Origin: Gammaproteobacteria bacterium
Lineage (GTDB): Bacteria; Pseudomonadota; Gammaproteobacteria; DAOVJZ01
Direction: 5' to 3'
Assembly (NCBI GenBank): GCA_029882995.1
Contig: JAOUJV010000004.1
Span: 1 to 63,715 of the forward strand
Length of the DNA: 63,715 bases
Below are positions 47,067 to 55,768 of this stretch, one piece after another. Below the pieces are notes generated by a model. The model ran no database searches and was not told the origin of the DNA. It was given only the letters and a program-made list of their open reading frames with translations. How positions within the stretch are numbered: position 1 is the first letter of the stretch; every line of letters begins with the position of its first letter. The translations under genes and the position numbers were made by a program.

Positions 47067-48785
47067 TTAGCCAATGTATTTATTGCGAAATAAATATGAA
47101 ATTATTTCTTGAGCAGCCTGCAGAGGATTTGTTTCTGATGTATTAATATTGATTTCCGCATTCTCAGGCTCTTCATAGGGATCACTGATTCCGGTGAATT
47201 CAGGAATAATACCTTTACGAGCCTTTTCATATAAGCCTTTCCTGTCACGCTCTTCACATACTTCTAATGGGGTAGATACATATATTTCGATAAATGATCC
47301 ATACTGCTCTATCATATCTCGTGCTTCTCGGCGCATTTCTGTATATGGTGCTATCGGTGCACAAATTGCGATACCACCATTTTTTGTAATCTCACTGGCT
47401 ACATACCCAATTCGCCTTACATTAATATTGCGATGATCTTTTGAAAAACCTAGTTCACTGGAAAGGTTCTGTCTAACAACATCACCATCAAGCAATGTCA
47501 CGGGCCTGGAGCCATCCTCAATGAACTTGGCATAAATAATCTTTGCCAATGTGGATTTACCAGAGCCTGACAATCCGGTAAAAAACAATGTTATCCCTTG
47601 TTTATTTCGTGGTGGGTATACCTTTTTCAGCGCTTCAATCACATCAGGATAGGTAACCCAATCAGGAATTGTTTGACCATGCGCTAAATGTTCCTTGATT
47701 TCTCTATCTGTAAATAAAACCCCTTCCTGTCCTGATTTTTTCAATTCGATAATTTCTATAAATTGATCCTGTTCTTCCATATAACGCATTTCATGGATGG
47801 GAACTATTTGAATATCTAATTCATTCTGATGCTTTTTCAATATCTCCTGTGCTGCATAAGAGGGATAAAACCTTGTTTTATTCTCACGAATTCCTGGCGG
47901 GGCTGCATGTTCAGGGCCGATTATGATATGGGAACACCCGTAGTTCTGACGAATGATTGCATTCATTATGGCTTCACGTGGGCCTGCCATACGTACAGAA
48001 ACAGGCAGTAGTGATAACAAAGCCATATCATGAGAATAATGTTTGCGAATAGCCTGGTAACAATGAACGCGCGCATAATAATGCAAGTCACCGGGCTTGG
48101 TCTGACCAACAGCGGGATGAAGCAAAATATTAGCCCCAACATCCTTTGCTGCTTTTAGTGTTATCTCACGATGAATACGGTGCATTGGCTTACAAGTATG
48201 GAAAGCAACAACCTTGTTCCAACCTTTCTTGTTAAATAAATTTCTTAATTCTAGAGGAGTATCTCTCAGGGTTTCAAAATCATTATGGAAAGGTAACTGT
48301 ACTCCTTCAATAGTACCTCCTACATAAGTATTATGCGTATTCTCATATAAATACTTAACGCCTGGATGCGAATCATTGCTCACACCAAATACTTGCTTCG
48401 CTTCCTTCTTTTTATCTGGCTGCCATTTTGATTCAATATTAAGCACAGCCAACATAAAGCCTTCCTCATCCAGCAAGGCTAACTTGCTATTCAACTCTAA
48501 TTTGCTTGCTACATTCTCTGGAATATCAAGTATTATCGGGATGGGCCATAATTGCCGATCTGGGAGTCGCATGTCACCAACAACACTATTATAAACACCT
48601 TCTGTCATGAACCCTGTTAATGGAGAAAAGCCGCCATTCATTAAAAGCTCAAGATCACATAATTGTCTTTGAGTAAGAGTATGGGATGGGAAATGCTGTG
48701 ATTCTTTTTTCAGATGCTCCGCTTTGTCGGAGTCAAGAACAAGATCTACGAGTATGCCGCCGTATGGCTTGATAAGGTTGTCCAT
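47067..48785 (-). CDS. adenylylsulfate (APS) kinase with N-terminal ATP-sulfurylase-like domain whose signature loops are substituted
   Basis: 572 aa. The C-terminal domain is canonical APS kinase (FTGLSGSGKSTLA, LLDGDVVRQNL..LGFS). The N-terminal ~390 aa align closely by eye with ATP sulfurylase, but read FHTCKPMHRIH and GPEHAA where QTRNPMHRAH and GRDHAG are expected. Confidence 0.8.
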   Translation of the reverse strand: MDNLIKPYGGILVDLVLDSDKAEHLKKESQHFPSHTLTQRQLCDLELLMNGGFSPLTGFMTEGVYNSVVGDMRLPDRQLWPIPIILDIPENVASKLELNSKLALLDEEGFMLAVLNIESKWQPDKKKEAKQVFGVSNDSHPGVKYLYENTHNTYVGGTIEGVQLPFHNDFETLRDTPLELRNLFNKKGWNKVVAFHTCKPMHRIHREITLKAAKDVGANILLHPAVGQTKPGDLHYYARVHCYQAIRKHYSHDMALLSLLPVSVRMAGPREAIMNAIIRQNYGCSHIIIGPEHAAPPGIRENKTRFYPSYAAQEILKKHQNELDIQIVPIHEMRYMEEQDQFIEIIELKKSGQEGVLFTDREIKEHLAHGQTIPDWVTYPDVIEALKKVYPPRNKQGITLFFTGLSGSGKSTLAKIIYAKFIEDGSRPVTLLDGDVVRQNLSSELGFSKDHRNINVRRIGYVASEITKNGGIAICAPIAPYTEMRREARDMIEQYGSFIEIYVSTPLEVCEERDRKGLYEKARKGIIPEFTGISDPYEEPENAEININTSETNPLQAAQEIISYLFRNKYIG

Positions 48786-48788
48786 AAA

Positions 48789-49358
48789 TTATTTGTCTGA
48801 AACACTGGCTGGTTGTTTCTTAAAAATATACATCAGAGTTAATACCGTAAATGCGCCTAAAAAATCTGCTAATGCATCTGATACACTCGGTACCCTTCCC
48901 GGAGAAAAAGACTGATAGTATTCATCTAAAATTGCATTACAAGTAACAAAAATTAAAACACATACGATTTTCCAATACGTCATTTGCCCATCTGGAATAA
49001 AGGCACGTGCAACTAAATATCCAAAAACACCATATAAGATGAAGTGCCAAATCAAATCATTTTCTGACACAAAAGCTGGAATTAACGTATTTGGCTGTGA
49101 AGATAAAGCTATCAATACTCCAAGCCAAATAATACTTACCCCCGCAAATACTTTGCGACTTCTCATATGTTTCATCATTTTATCACTAATACTATTTGAT
49201 TTTATTAATTTTTTTGCTGAAATGGCCTGGCCAAAGGCCCTCCAATAAAGATTCCCTGGCTGGGCGACGCTCTTCCAAAAAGCCTCTATCAAGGCATCAC
49301 CCTCTAGATATCGGTCAATCACTCTCTCTGGATGAGAATTTTGCCAGAATAATACCAA
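48789..49358 (-). CDS. VanZ-like family membrane protein
   Basis: C-terminal motif DEYYQSFSPGRVPSVSDALADFLG typical of VanZ-like proteins; 3-4 TM helices. Start uncertain: TTG 49358 in the ORF track, ATG at 49178/49175 would remove 60 aa. Confidence 0.6.
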   Translation of the reverse strand: MVLFWQNSHPERVIDRYLEGDALIEAFWKSVAQPGNLYWRAFGQAISAKKLIKSNSISDKMMKHMRSRKVFAGVSIIWLGVLIALSSQPNTLIPAFVSENDLIWHFILYGVFGYLVARAFIPDGQMTYWKIVCVLIFVTCNAILDEYYQSFSPGRVPSVSDALADFLGAFTVLTLMYIFKKQPASVSDK

Positions 49359-49969
49359 GGTCCCACTGTAGCACCACAGCCCACTTTCCCTAATTCTCCT
49401 TCGATTAGGCCTAAAATTAGGTGCTTCTTTAATGTATTCTCACATTTCTTGACTAATAGACTTGGTTATAACCAGTTATCAGGATCAGTAGCATCCATGC
49501 TAAACATATGCCTAAACATTCTGTAATGCCCTCTTGCCTACTTTTACCTAAAGGAGAGTCTACCCCTCCTTTCTCCCCCATCAATTGAGATTGTGCTATG
49601 ACCAAGAAAAATGAAATGTGGAATATATTCTTCTCGGGTTCTTTGTACTCTTTACATGCTGGGAAAAGTACTGAGAAAGCCAGAGGCTATCAACACGGAA
49701 GACAAATAATAAAAGGTTTGATGTGAATACAGCAATCTACATTAGTTTATTAGCTTTCTCTAATGTTCTAAATATGCCATTTACTAATAAAAATGTTTGT
49801 TATCTCAGAACCATAATTGTTAATATGTCCGTATTGTAGTGCAGTAGAGAGATACTAGGTTATCTACACTGCCAGATATATGATTCCATGCAAAACACCG
49901 CGAGAGAGTCTGAATTTAACACTTGCTCATTGATTGAGCTGGATTGTAACAAACCGGGGGAATAAACGA

Positions 49970-50593
49970 ATGTCAACCACTGCAGAAAATGTTGAGAGTA
50001 TCCAAATGGACAGTAAACAACTTGAAAGTATTAAGAATCTGATTGATTCAAGAATTGAAAATAAACTGAAAGAGATTGAGGAAAATAAAACTCTTAGCAT
50101 GTCTCTGATAGCGACCAAGGGAACACTGGATTGGGCTTACCCTCCTTTTATTCTGGGTTCAACTGCAGCTGCACTGGGTTGGGATGTAAAAATCTTTTTC
50201 ACATTCTATGGCCTGTTACTACTGAAAAAAGACATTTCACTGGATGTTAGTCCTCTGGGTAACCCAGCCATGCCAATGAAAATGCCATTTGGTCCGCAAT
50301 GGTTCCAGAATATTGAATGGCCTATGCCTAATCTGATTATGGCCAGTATTCCTGGTTTTGAAAAAGTGGCAACCGGCTTAATGAAAAAGACATTCAGCAA
50401 CAAGGGTGTTGCCTCAATTGAGGAATTGCGTGATCTTTGTGTTGAAGCTGAAGTTGAATTTATCGCATGTCAGATGACTGTGGATGTGTTCGGATTTGAC
50501 CATAGTGACTTCATTGATGATGTGGCCGACTATGTTGGCGCAGCATCATTCTTGCCAATCGCAGCTCAATCTGATGTAAGTATGTTTATGTAA
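49970..50593 (+). CDS. DsrE/DsrF-like (DrsE_2 / peroxiredoxin-like) family protein
   Basis: SLIATKGTLDWAYPPFILGSTAAALGWDVKIFFTFYGLLLLKK is typical of the DsrE-like family. Start set at ATG 49970 (SD GGGGGA); the ORF track begins at TTG 49934. Confidence 0.6.
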   Translation: MSTTAENVESIQMDSKQLESIKNLIDSRIENKLKEIEENKTLSMSLIATKGTLDWAYPPFILGSTAAALGWDVKIFFTFYGLLLLKKDISLDVSPLGNPAMPMKMPFGPQWFQNIEWPMPNLIMASIPGFEKVATGLMKKTFSNKGVASIEELRDLCVEAEVEFIACQMTVDVFGFDHSDFIDDVADYVGAASFLPIAAQSDVSMFM

Positions 50594-50615
50594 ATTAATG
50601 AACTGCTAAAAATAT

Positions 50616-50642
50616 AAAAAGGCACCTATAGGTGCCTTTTTT
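50616..50642. terminator. bidirectional rho-independent terminator between convergent genes
   Basis: aaaaAGGCACCtataGGTGCCTttttt, with an A-run and a T-run on either side. Confidence 0.75.
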
Positions 50643-50672
50643 ATTACATTCGCAAAATAACCTAAGCATTTA

Positions 50673-51959
50673 TTAGTTCAACTTTCTTGTTGCAAATTGA
50701 CCTATGTTAGAAAAAACCTGATCTGTCTTAACTTCCTCAGCCACATTTTCTTTTTCAAATGCACGTGAAATATTTTTAATATTACGTTCAATATCATCAC
50801 TGTTGGAACCATCGTTGAAAAAGACCGGCAGGCTGCAATTCTCCATGATTTTATCCAAAATAGACTCGAAATCTTGTACATCCTTAAATGCTTCTTCATC
50901 CAGATCCACTAGCAACATATCAGCAAATCCTTCATCTAGTGCATTGATCAGTTTTTCGTTAAATGGCAATACCGCGACAACTTCCATTCCAGCATGCTTT
51001 ATTGATGATAACAGAACATCACTATGATCCTGTGACTCTGTAACAACAGCAACCCGGGTTTGTTGGTTTTTTGATTTCTGTTGTGTACCTGATGCTGCTT
51101 TTTTGTTTGCCTGATCAATCCTTTTATTTTTTACTACTCCCCTTGTTGGTAAAATACCCCCCTTCTGCCTTTCAGATGCAACATCATTAATAATATCTAC
51201 ATCGATAGTTAATGCCTGTTCTGCAAAACCATAAACAAGTGCGGTATCACAAATTTGATTAATCAATCTGGGTACACCACCTGTGTGTTCAAAAACCATA
51301 TCGCATGCCTGCTTGGTAAAAGTGTTCTCATCACCACCTGCCGTTAAAATCCTGTGACGAATATAGGCTTCGGTTTCTTCTTCAGTAAGTGCTTCAAGAT
51401 GATAATCAACACCAATGCGCTGAGCAAACTGTTCAAGTGCAGGATCCTGCAACATGTCTCTAAGATTTGGCTGCCCAACCAAGATCATTTGTATTAGTTG
51501 GTCTCTTTCAGAATTAATATTGGACAACATTCTAAGTTCTTCCAATGTCTCCTGCCCCATATTCTGTGCTTCATCAATAATCAATACGGTCCGTCTTCCC
51601 TTGGAATACTCACCAATCAAAAAGTCGGAAAAGGTGCGAAACATGCTGACTTTTGATTTATCAGTCACTTCCAGGCCAAATGCCATTAATACCCACTCAA
51701 GCAATTCACCAAACGATGAGTGCGTATTAGTCAACATGCCAACCGTGATATCTTTGTCTATCTTTTGCAGTAAATGACGCAACAATGTTGTCTTGCCGGT
51801 TCCTATCCCTCCGGTAACCACACAAAAACTAACCTGATTCATTAATCCGTATTCAAGTAATGTTTCGGCAATACGGTGTTTCTTGCTAGGGAACAAAAAA
51901 CCCGGATCTGGTAACATAGAGAATGGTTTTAATTTAAAACCATAGAATGATTCATACAT
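50673..51959 (-). CDS. ExeA/GspA-like AAA ATPase of PEP-CTERM/EPS loci, with extra C-terminal receiver-like domain
   Basis: N-terminus MYESFYGFKLKPFSMLPDPGFLFPSKKHRIA...VVTGGIGTGKTTLL, then LIIDEAQN (Walker B). About 130 extra C-terminal residues. Confidence 0.7.
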   Translation of the reverse strand: MYESFYGFKLKPFSMLPDPGFLFPSKKHRIAETLLEYGLMNQVSFCVVTGGIGTGKTTLLRHLLQKIDKDITVGMLTNTHSSFGELLEWVLMAFGLEVTDKSKVSMFRTFSDFLIGEYSKGRRTVLIIDEAQNMGQETLEELRMLSNINSERDQLIQMILVGQPNLRDMLQDPALEQFAQRIGVDYHLEALTEEETEAYIRHRILTAGGDENTFTKQACDMVFEHTGGVPRLINQICDTALVYGFAEQALTIDVDIINDVASERQKGGILPTRGVVKNKRIDQANKKAASGTQQKSKNQQTRVAVVTESQDHSDVLLSSIKHAGMEVVAVLPFNEKLINALDEGFADMLLVDLDEEAFKDVQDFESILDKIMENCSLPVFFNDGSNSDDIERNIKNISRAFEKENVAEEVKTDQVFSNIGQFATRKLN

Positions 51960-51971
51960 GCAGGATATATC

Positions 51972-52862
51972 CTATTTTCGCAATAAACGCTTATTACTGA
52001 AACCAGATTTAAACAGGTCAGTTATAATTGAGAACCAACCAGGTATCTTCTTTCTGTCATCCTGATTCAATCCCGCATTATTCAACACGGTACCTATTAC
52101 ATTTGTTGACTCAAGTAATGACAAGGATTTATTTAATTCATCCTGTGTTGTTCTACCATCTTCTACTACCAACAAGGTAGCATCCACATAAGGAGAAAAT
52201 GCAATTGTGTCTGCAACGGACAATAGTGGTGGCAAATCAAACAATACAATTCTTGATGGATATCTGGTTTTCAAGTCTTCAACCAATGCTGACATTTTGG
52301 GTGACCCCAGCATTTCTGAAGAATTAGACAAAGGCTTACCCCCAGGGAGGATAACAAAATGTGGGATATCCTGCGGGTTGATTAACAATTTTGAAACGGG
52401 CACATCATTAATCAAGTAGTCACTTAATCCGTATTCGGGGTGAAGATTAAAACTGGAGTGTACACGTGGATGTCTAAGATCTGCATCAACTAATAGCACA
52501 GTGCAATCCAGCTCTTTTGCCAGACTGATAGCCAGATTGATTGCTGTTAAGGTCTTACCCTCACCGCTATTCGGGCTTGTAATACCCAGTACGTTCCAGT
52601 TGTTTTCACGCATACGCTGAAGAACCTGTGTGCGAAGTATTTTATAGGCTTCAACGTAGGCGCTGTTATTCTCATCAGCAATAATATGCTTGTTTTTTAA
52701 AAAACTCTTGGGCGTAGGGATTGACTTGGTCTCTTGATAAGTAATTTCATCCACTGAGACAACTTTAGGCCGGGTAGAAGCAGTAATACTTCCGCCATTT
52801 TCCTGAGCCTTCTTTTCCCGTTCCTGACGGGCAAGTTCTAATGCCTGTTTAATTCTTTCCAT
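51972..52862 (-). CDS. EpsG-like chain-length-determinant P-loop ATPase (BY-kinase / MinD-ParA fold)
   Basis: ITSPNSGEGKTLTAINLA (Walker A), VLLVDADLRHP (A'), IVLFDLPPL (Walker B). Confidence 0.75.
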   Translation of the reverse strand: MERIKQALELARQEREKKAQENGGSITASTRPKVVSVDEITYQETKSIPTPKSFLKNKHIIADENNSAYVEAYKILRTQVLQRMRENNWNVLGITSPNSGEGKTLTAINLAISLAKELDCTVLLVDADLRHPRVHSSFNLHPEYGLSDYLINDVPVSKLLINPQDIPHFVILPGGKPLSNSSEMLGSPKMSALVEDLKTRYPSRIVLFDLPPLLSVADTIAFSPYVDATLLVVEDGRTTQDELNKSLSLLESTNVIGTVLNNAGLNQDDRKKIPGWFSIITDLFKSGFSNKRLLRK

Positions 52863-52890
52863 TCTCTATATCCTGCTTAAATCAAATAAC

Positions 52891-54513
52891 CTACAGCCCC
52901 AATACACTATCAACCTTTCTCATGCCTCTAAACCACAACACATCCAGTGGGCTGAATGCAAAATGAACCATCAACACAAGAAATACAAAGCCTGTCACTG
53001 CTACTACAATTGATATTTTTCTTACTTGTATAGTCCGTTCAAAATCATATTCATTCATCATATGAGGAATAACAGATAATGGAGCAGCCCCGACGGTAGC
53101 AATGATTTGTTTTGTTCCCCTGACTGCTGAACTTAAGCTTTCCAGAATAATTGCGGAACCAAATCCACCTGCCAGTGACAATATAAAGCCCAGGAATATA
53201 ATAGCCGGTCGATTAGGGCTAATCGGTTTTTCCGGGAATTGAGCGGGCTCAATCAAAGAGAAACGCTCTCCTTTGCGCTCTTTTTCCAGCTCCTGCCCTA
53301 TTTCTGCTGACATTTGTTTGGCTTGTAATTCGCTGTATCTGTCTGTAGCTGAATTATAATCTCTCAACAATAATCTGTATTCTTTTTCAACCATCGGAGC
53401 TTTTGCCATACGCTGCTCATATTCAATCAGTTTTTTGTTCATTTCATCTTGTTGAGTACGTAAAGACTTTATTTCAGCATTCGTCGTAGCCAATTGTGAC
53501 TGAATGGCAATATACGTGGGATTTTGAGGAATAATTTCAGTTACTTCTCCTGTTTCACCTTCCTCTCTTTTTTCCGCAATTAACTTTTTCAGATCTTCAA
53601 TCTCACGTTTTTTCGCAATGAATGTCGGATGTTCAAGCGTATACTCGCTTCGTAGTTGTTCCAGATTACGCTCCAGATACTTAAGACGTACTACAGGTTC
53701 CAGGTTACGATATCCTGACTCTGTGGTAATTGAACCTATAGGGTCTGTCTGGGCAAGTTGGTTTTCAAGATAGAATTTCCGTTCTTCCAGTGAATCCAGT
53801 TTACTGGAGATTTCAACCAGTTGGTCTTCTCCCCTTTCGATAACTCTTAGGTTATTTACCTGCATATCCGGCATAAGGTCGGCGTTCTTTTCCTTGAATT
53901 CAGCTAACTTGCTTTCGTAAGCACTGATCTTTTTGCTTAACTTATTTGTTTCAGCTGTCAAAAATGACAGGGCTTCTTCAGATTTTTCCGTACGCTCACG
54001 TAAATTTTCACTCAAATACAATGTTGTTAGCTCATTGGCCACTTTTTGTGTTGCGCCAGGAGAATCTCCATCATATGCCAAAGTAAAAGCAATAGTAGCT
54101 TCACCGGGACGACCGCTGACCGGATCAATGACTTCAGCATTGAGGGTATTAACAGCAATATCATCCCTCATATTTTCGAGCACTTCTTCTGTTGTCTTGT
54201 ATCGACGATCTTTTTCATACAGATTGTATTTTTCAATAATCTCCATCAGATTTTTGCGCGTCATGACACGTGCCTTGATGGTCTGTATTCTCTGATTGGC
54301 AAAACTGGTAATCGTTGAACGAACCAAATCGGATGGAATTTCCTGTTCTTCGATAAGAATCGTCGCTGCAGAACGGTATGTCGGTGGCCATACCAACGCA
54401 ACAACAAGGGCAATCAGAAAAATGGTCAATGAAACCACTGCAATTGACACTTTTCTACGACGAAATGCATCAATGTAATCACTTAAGTCTTTTGATGAGT
54501 ATTCTTCTTCCAT
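52891..54513 (-). CDS. EpsF-like polysaccharide chain-length determinant (Wzz/GumC family, PCP-2)
   Basis: N-terminal Wzz motif + TM helix (IAVVSLTIFLIALVVALVWPPTYRSAATILIE), a long coiled-coil periplasmic region, and C-terminal EPAQFPEKPISPNRPAII + TM helix. ATG 54513 is preferred over GTG 54516. Confidence 0.75.
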   Translation of the reverse strand: MEEEYSSKDLSDYIDAFRRRKVSIAVVSLTIFLIALVVALVWPPTYRSAATILIEEQEIPSDLVRSTITSFANQRIQTIKARVMTRKNLMEIIEKYNLYEKDRRYKTTEEVLENMRDDIAVNTLNAEVIDPVSGRPGEATIAFTLAYDGDSPGATQKVANELTTLYLSENLRERTEKSEEALSFLTAETNKLSKKISAYESKLAEFKEKNADLMPDMQVNNLRVIERGEDQLVEISSKLDSLEERKFYLENQLAQTDPIGSITTESGYRNLEPVVRLKYLERNLEQLRSEYTLEHPTFIAKKREIEDLKKLIAEKREEGETGEVTEIIPQNPTYIAIQSQLATTNAEIKSLRTQQDEMNKKLIEYEQRMAKAPMVEKEYRLLLRDYNSATDRYSELQAKQMSAEIGQELEKERKGERFSLIEPAQFPEKPISPNRPAIIFLGFILSLAGGFGSAIILESLSSAVRGTKQIIATVGAAPLSVIPHMMNEYDFERTIQVRKISIVVAVTGFVFLVLMVHFAFSPLDVLWFRGMRKVDSVLGL

Positions 54514-55042
54514 CACTGTTCTACTTCACTCCATAATTACCTACAAAACAGGGTGTTGGATTATATAGCCTTTAAAATACATTTAATATGTTTTTTATAT
54601 GACATAAATCCTATTTATGCCTTAATAAAACATTAATTTATAACCCTATCCTATTGTTTTTATTGCTTTTTTATGTTTCTATATTTGTTTTTAATTAAAA
54701 CCGCTATGTACTGTGTTATCGGCAAGATATGGCGTAACTAAATGAAAACATATAAATAACTGGATTCTTCCGCGCATAGCTCAAATCCTAAATTTCATTC
54801 AGATTTTCACTCATCTTCATTGTCTAATTTCACCCATCAATTAATAGATTATTATTTTCCTTATATTTCATTATGTTATAGTTTAAATACTCAGGAAAAC
54901 TGTATACATTTTGGCATTAATCCTTTATTTTAATATTGAATATATTTTTAATGGTTATACTCATTGCATTGGTGCATTATTCGGCCAAACTTATGCTATT
55001 CAAAGACTCAACTCGATAATCTCAAATATAAGGTAAACAAAA

Positions 55043-55768
55043 TTGAATATTGCCCTGCTCGAAGATGACATACATGTTGGAGAGCTGATACAGCTTTGGC
55101 TCAAGGAAGCAGGCCATGACTGCACACACTATACCGAAGGTGAAAAATTCATCAGTGAAGCCCATGATCAAGCCTTTGATATGGTCATTCTCGACTGGAT
55201 GTTGCCTGATATAAACGGCGATAAGGTCCTTGAGTGGATAAGAAGTAACATCAAATGGAGTATTCCTGTCCTGTTTGTCACCATGCGTGATAGCGAAAGA
55301 GACATCGTCTATGCACTGGAACACGGTGCGGATGATTATATGACAAAGCCGGTCAAGCAAATGGAAATGCTGGCACGCATTAATGCCTTATCCAGAAGAT
55401 CAGACCTGCATCCGGTCGGACACAATAAAATCGAGATCGGTAGCTATTCCATCGATATAACATCAAGAAATGTGACGCATAATGACAAACCAGTTCAGTT
55501 GACCCAGAAAGAATTTGAGCTGATTGCTTTCCTGTTTAAAAACATCAACACTGTGATGTCCAGAAAATATATATTGGAAAGTGTATGGGGTCGGTCAGGT
55601 GAGCTTAATACCCGAACCGTTGATACTCACATTAGCCGTATTCGTAACAAGCTTGAATTGGGGAAAGAAAAGGACTGGCGCCTAAGCGCAATTTATCACC
55701 ATGGATACAGACTTGAGTTTCTTGGTGAAGAATTAAAACAGGTTGAGAAAAATCCTTCGCTTCTATGA
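55043..55768 (+). CDS. OmpR/PhoB-family response regulator (receiver + winged-helix)
   Basis: 241 aa; LEDD acidic pocket, MVILDWMLPD phospho-acceptor, YMTKP. C-terminal winged helix (LTQKEFELIAFL...RTVDTHISRIRNKL). TTG start. Confidence 0.85.
   Translation: MNIALLEDDIHVGELIQLWLKEAGHDCTHYTEGEKFISEAHDQAFDMVILDWMLPDINGDKVLEWIRSNIKWSIPVLFVTMRDSERDIVYALEHGADDYMTKPVKQMEMLARINALSRRSDLHPVGHNKIEIGSYSIDITSRNVTHNDKPVQLTQKEFELIAFLFKNINTVMSRKYILESVWGRSGELNTRTVDTHISRIRNKLELGKEKDWRLSAIYHHGYRLEFLGEELKQVEKNPSLL

Noticed and set aside
49598-49726. 42-aa plus-strand ORF (MTKKNEMWNIFFSG...) in the 575-bp gap between the VanZ-like and DsrE-like genes.
   Set aside because: No Shine-Dalgarno sequence, no hydrophobic or otherwise structured signature, and nothing to compare it with. 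Not supportable from sequence alone.
54911-54926. TGGCATTAATCCTTTA on the plus strand upstream of the OmpR-type regulator, which resembles a sigma-54 -24 element.
   Set aside because: The -12 position reads TT instead of the invariant GC, so it is not a credible sigma-54 promoter.
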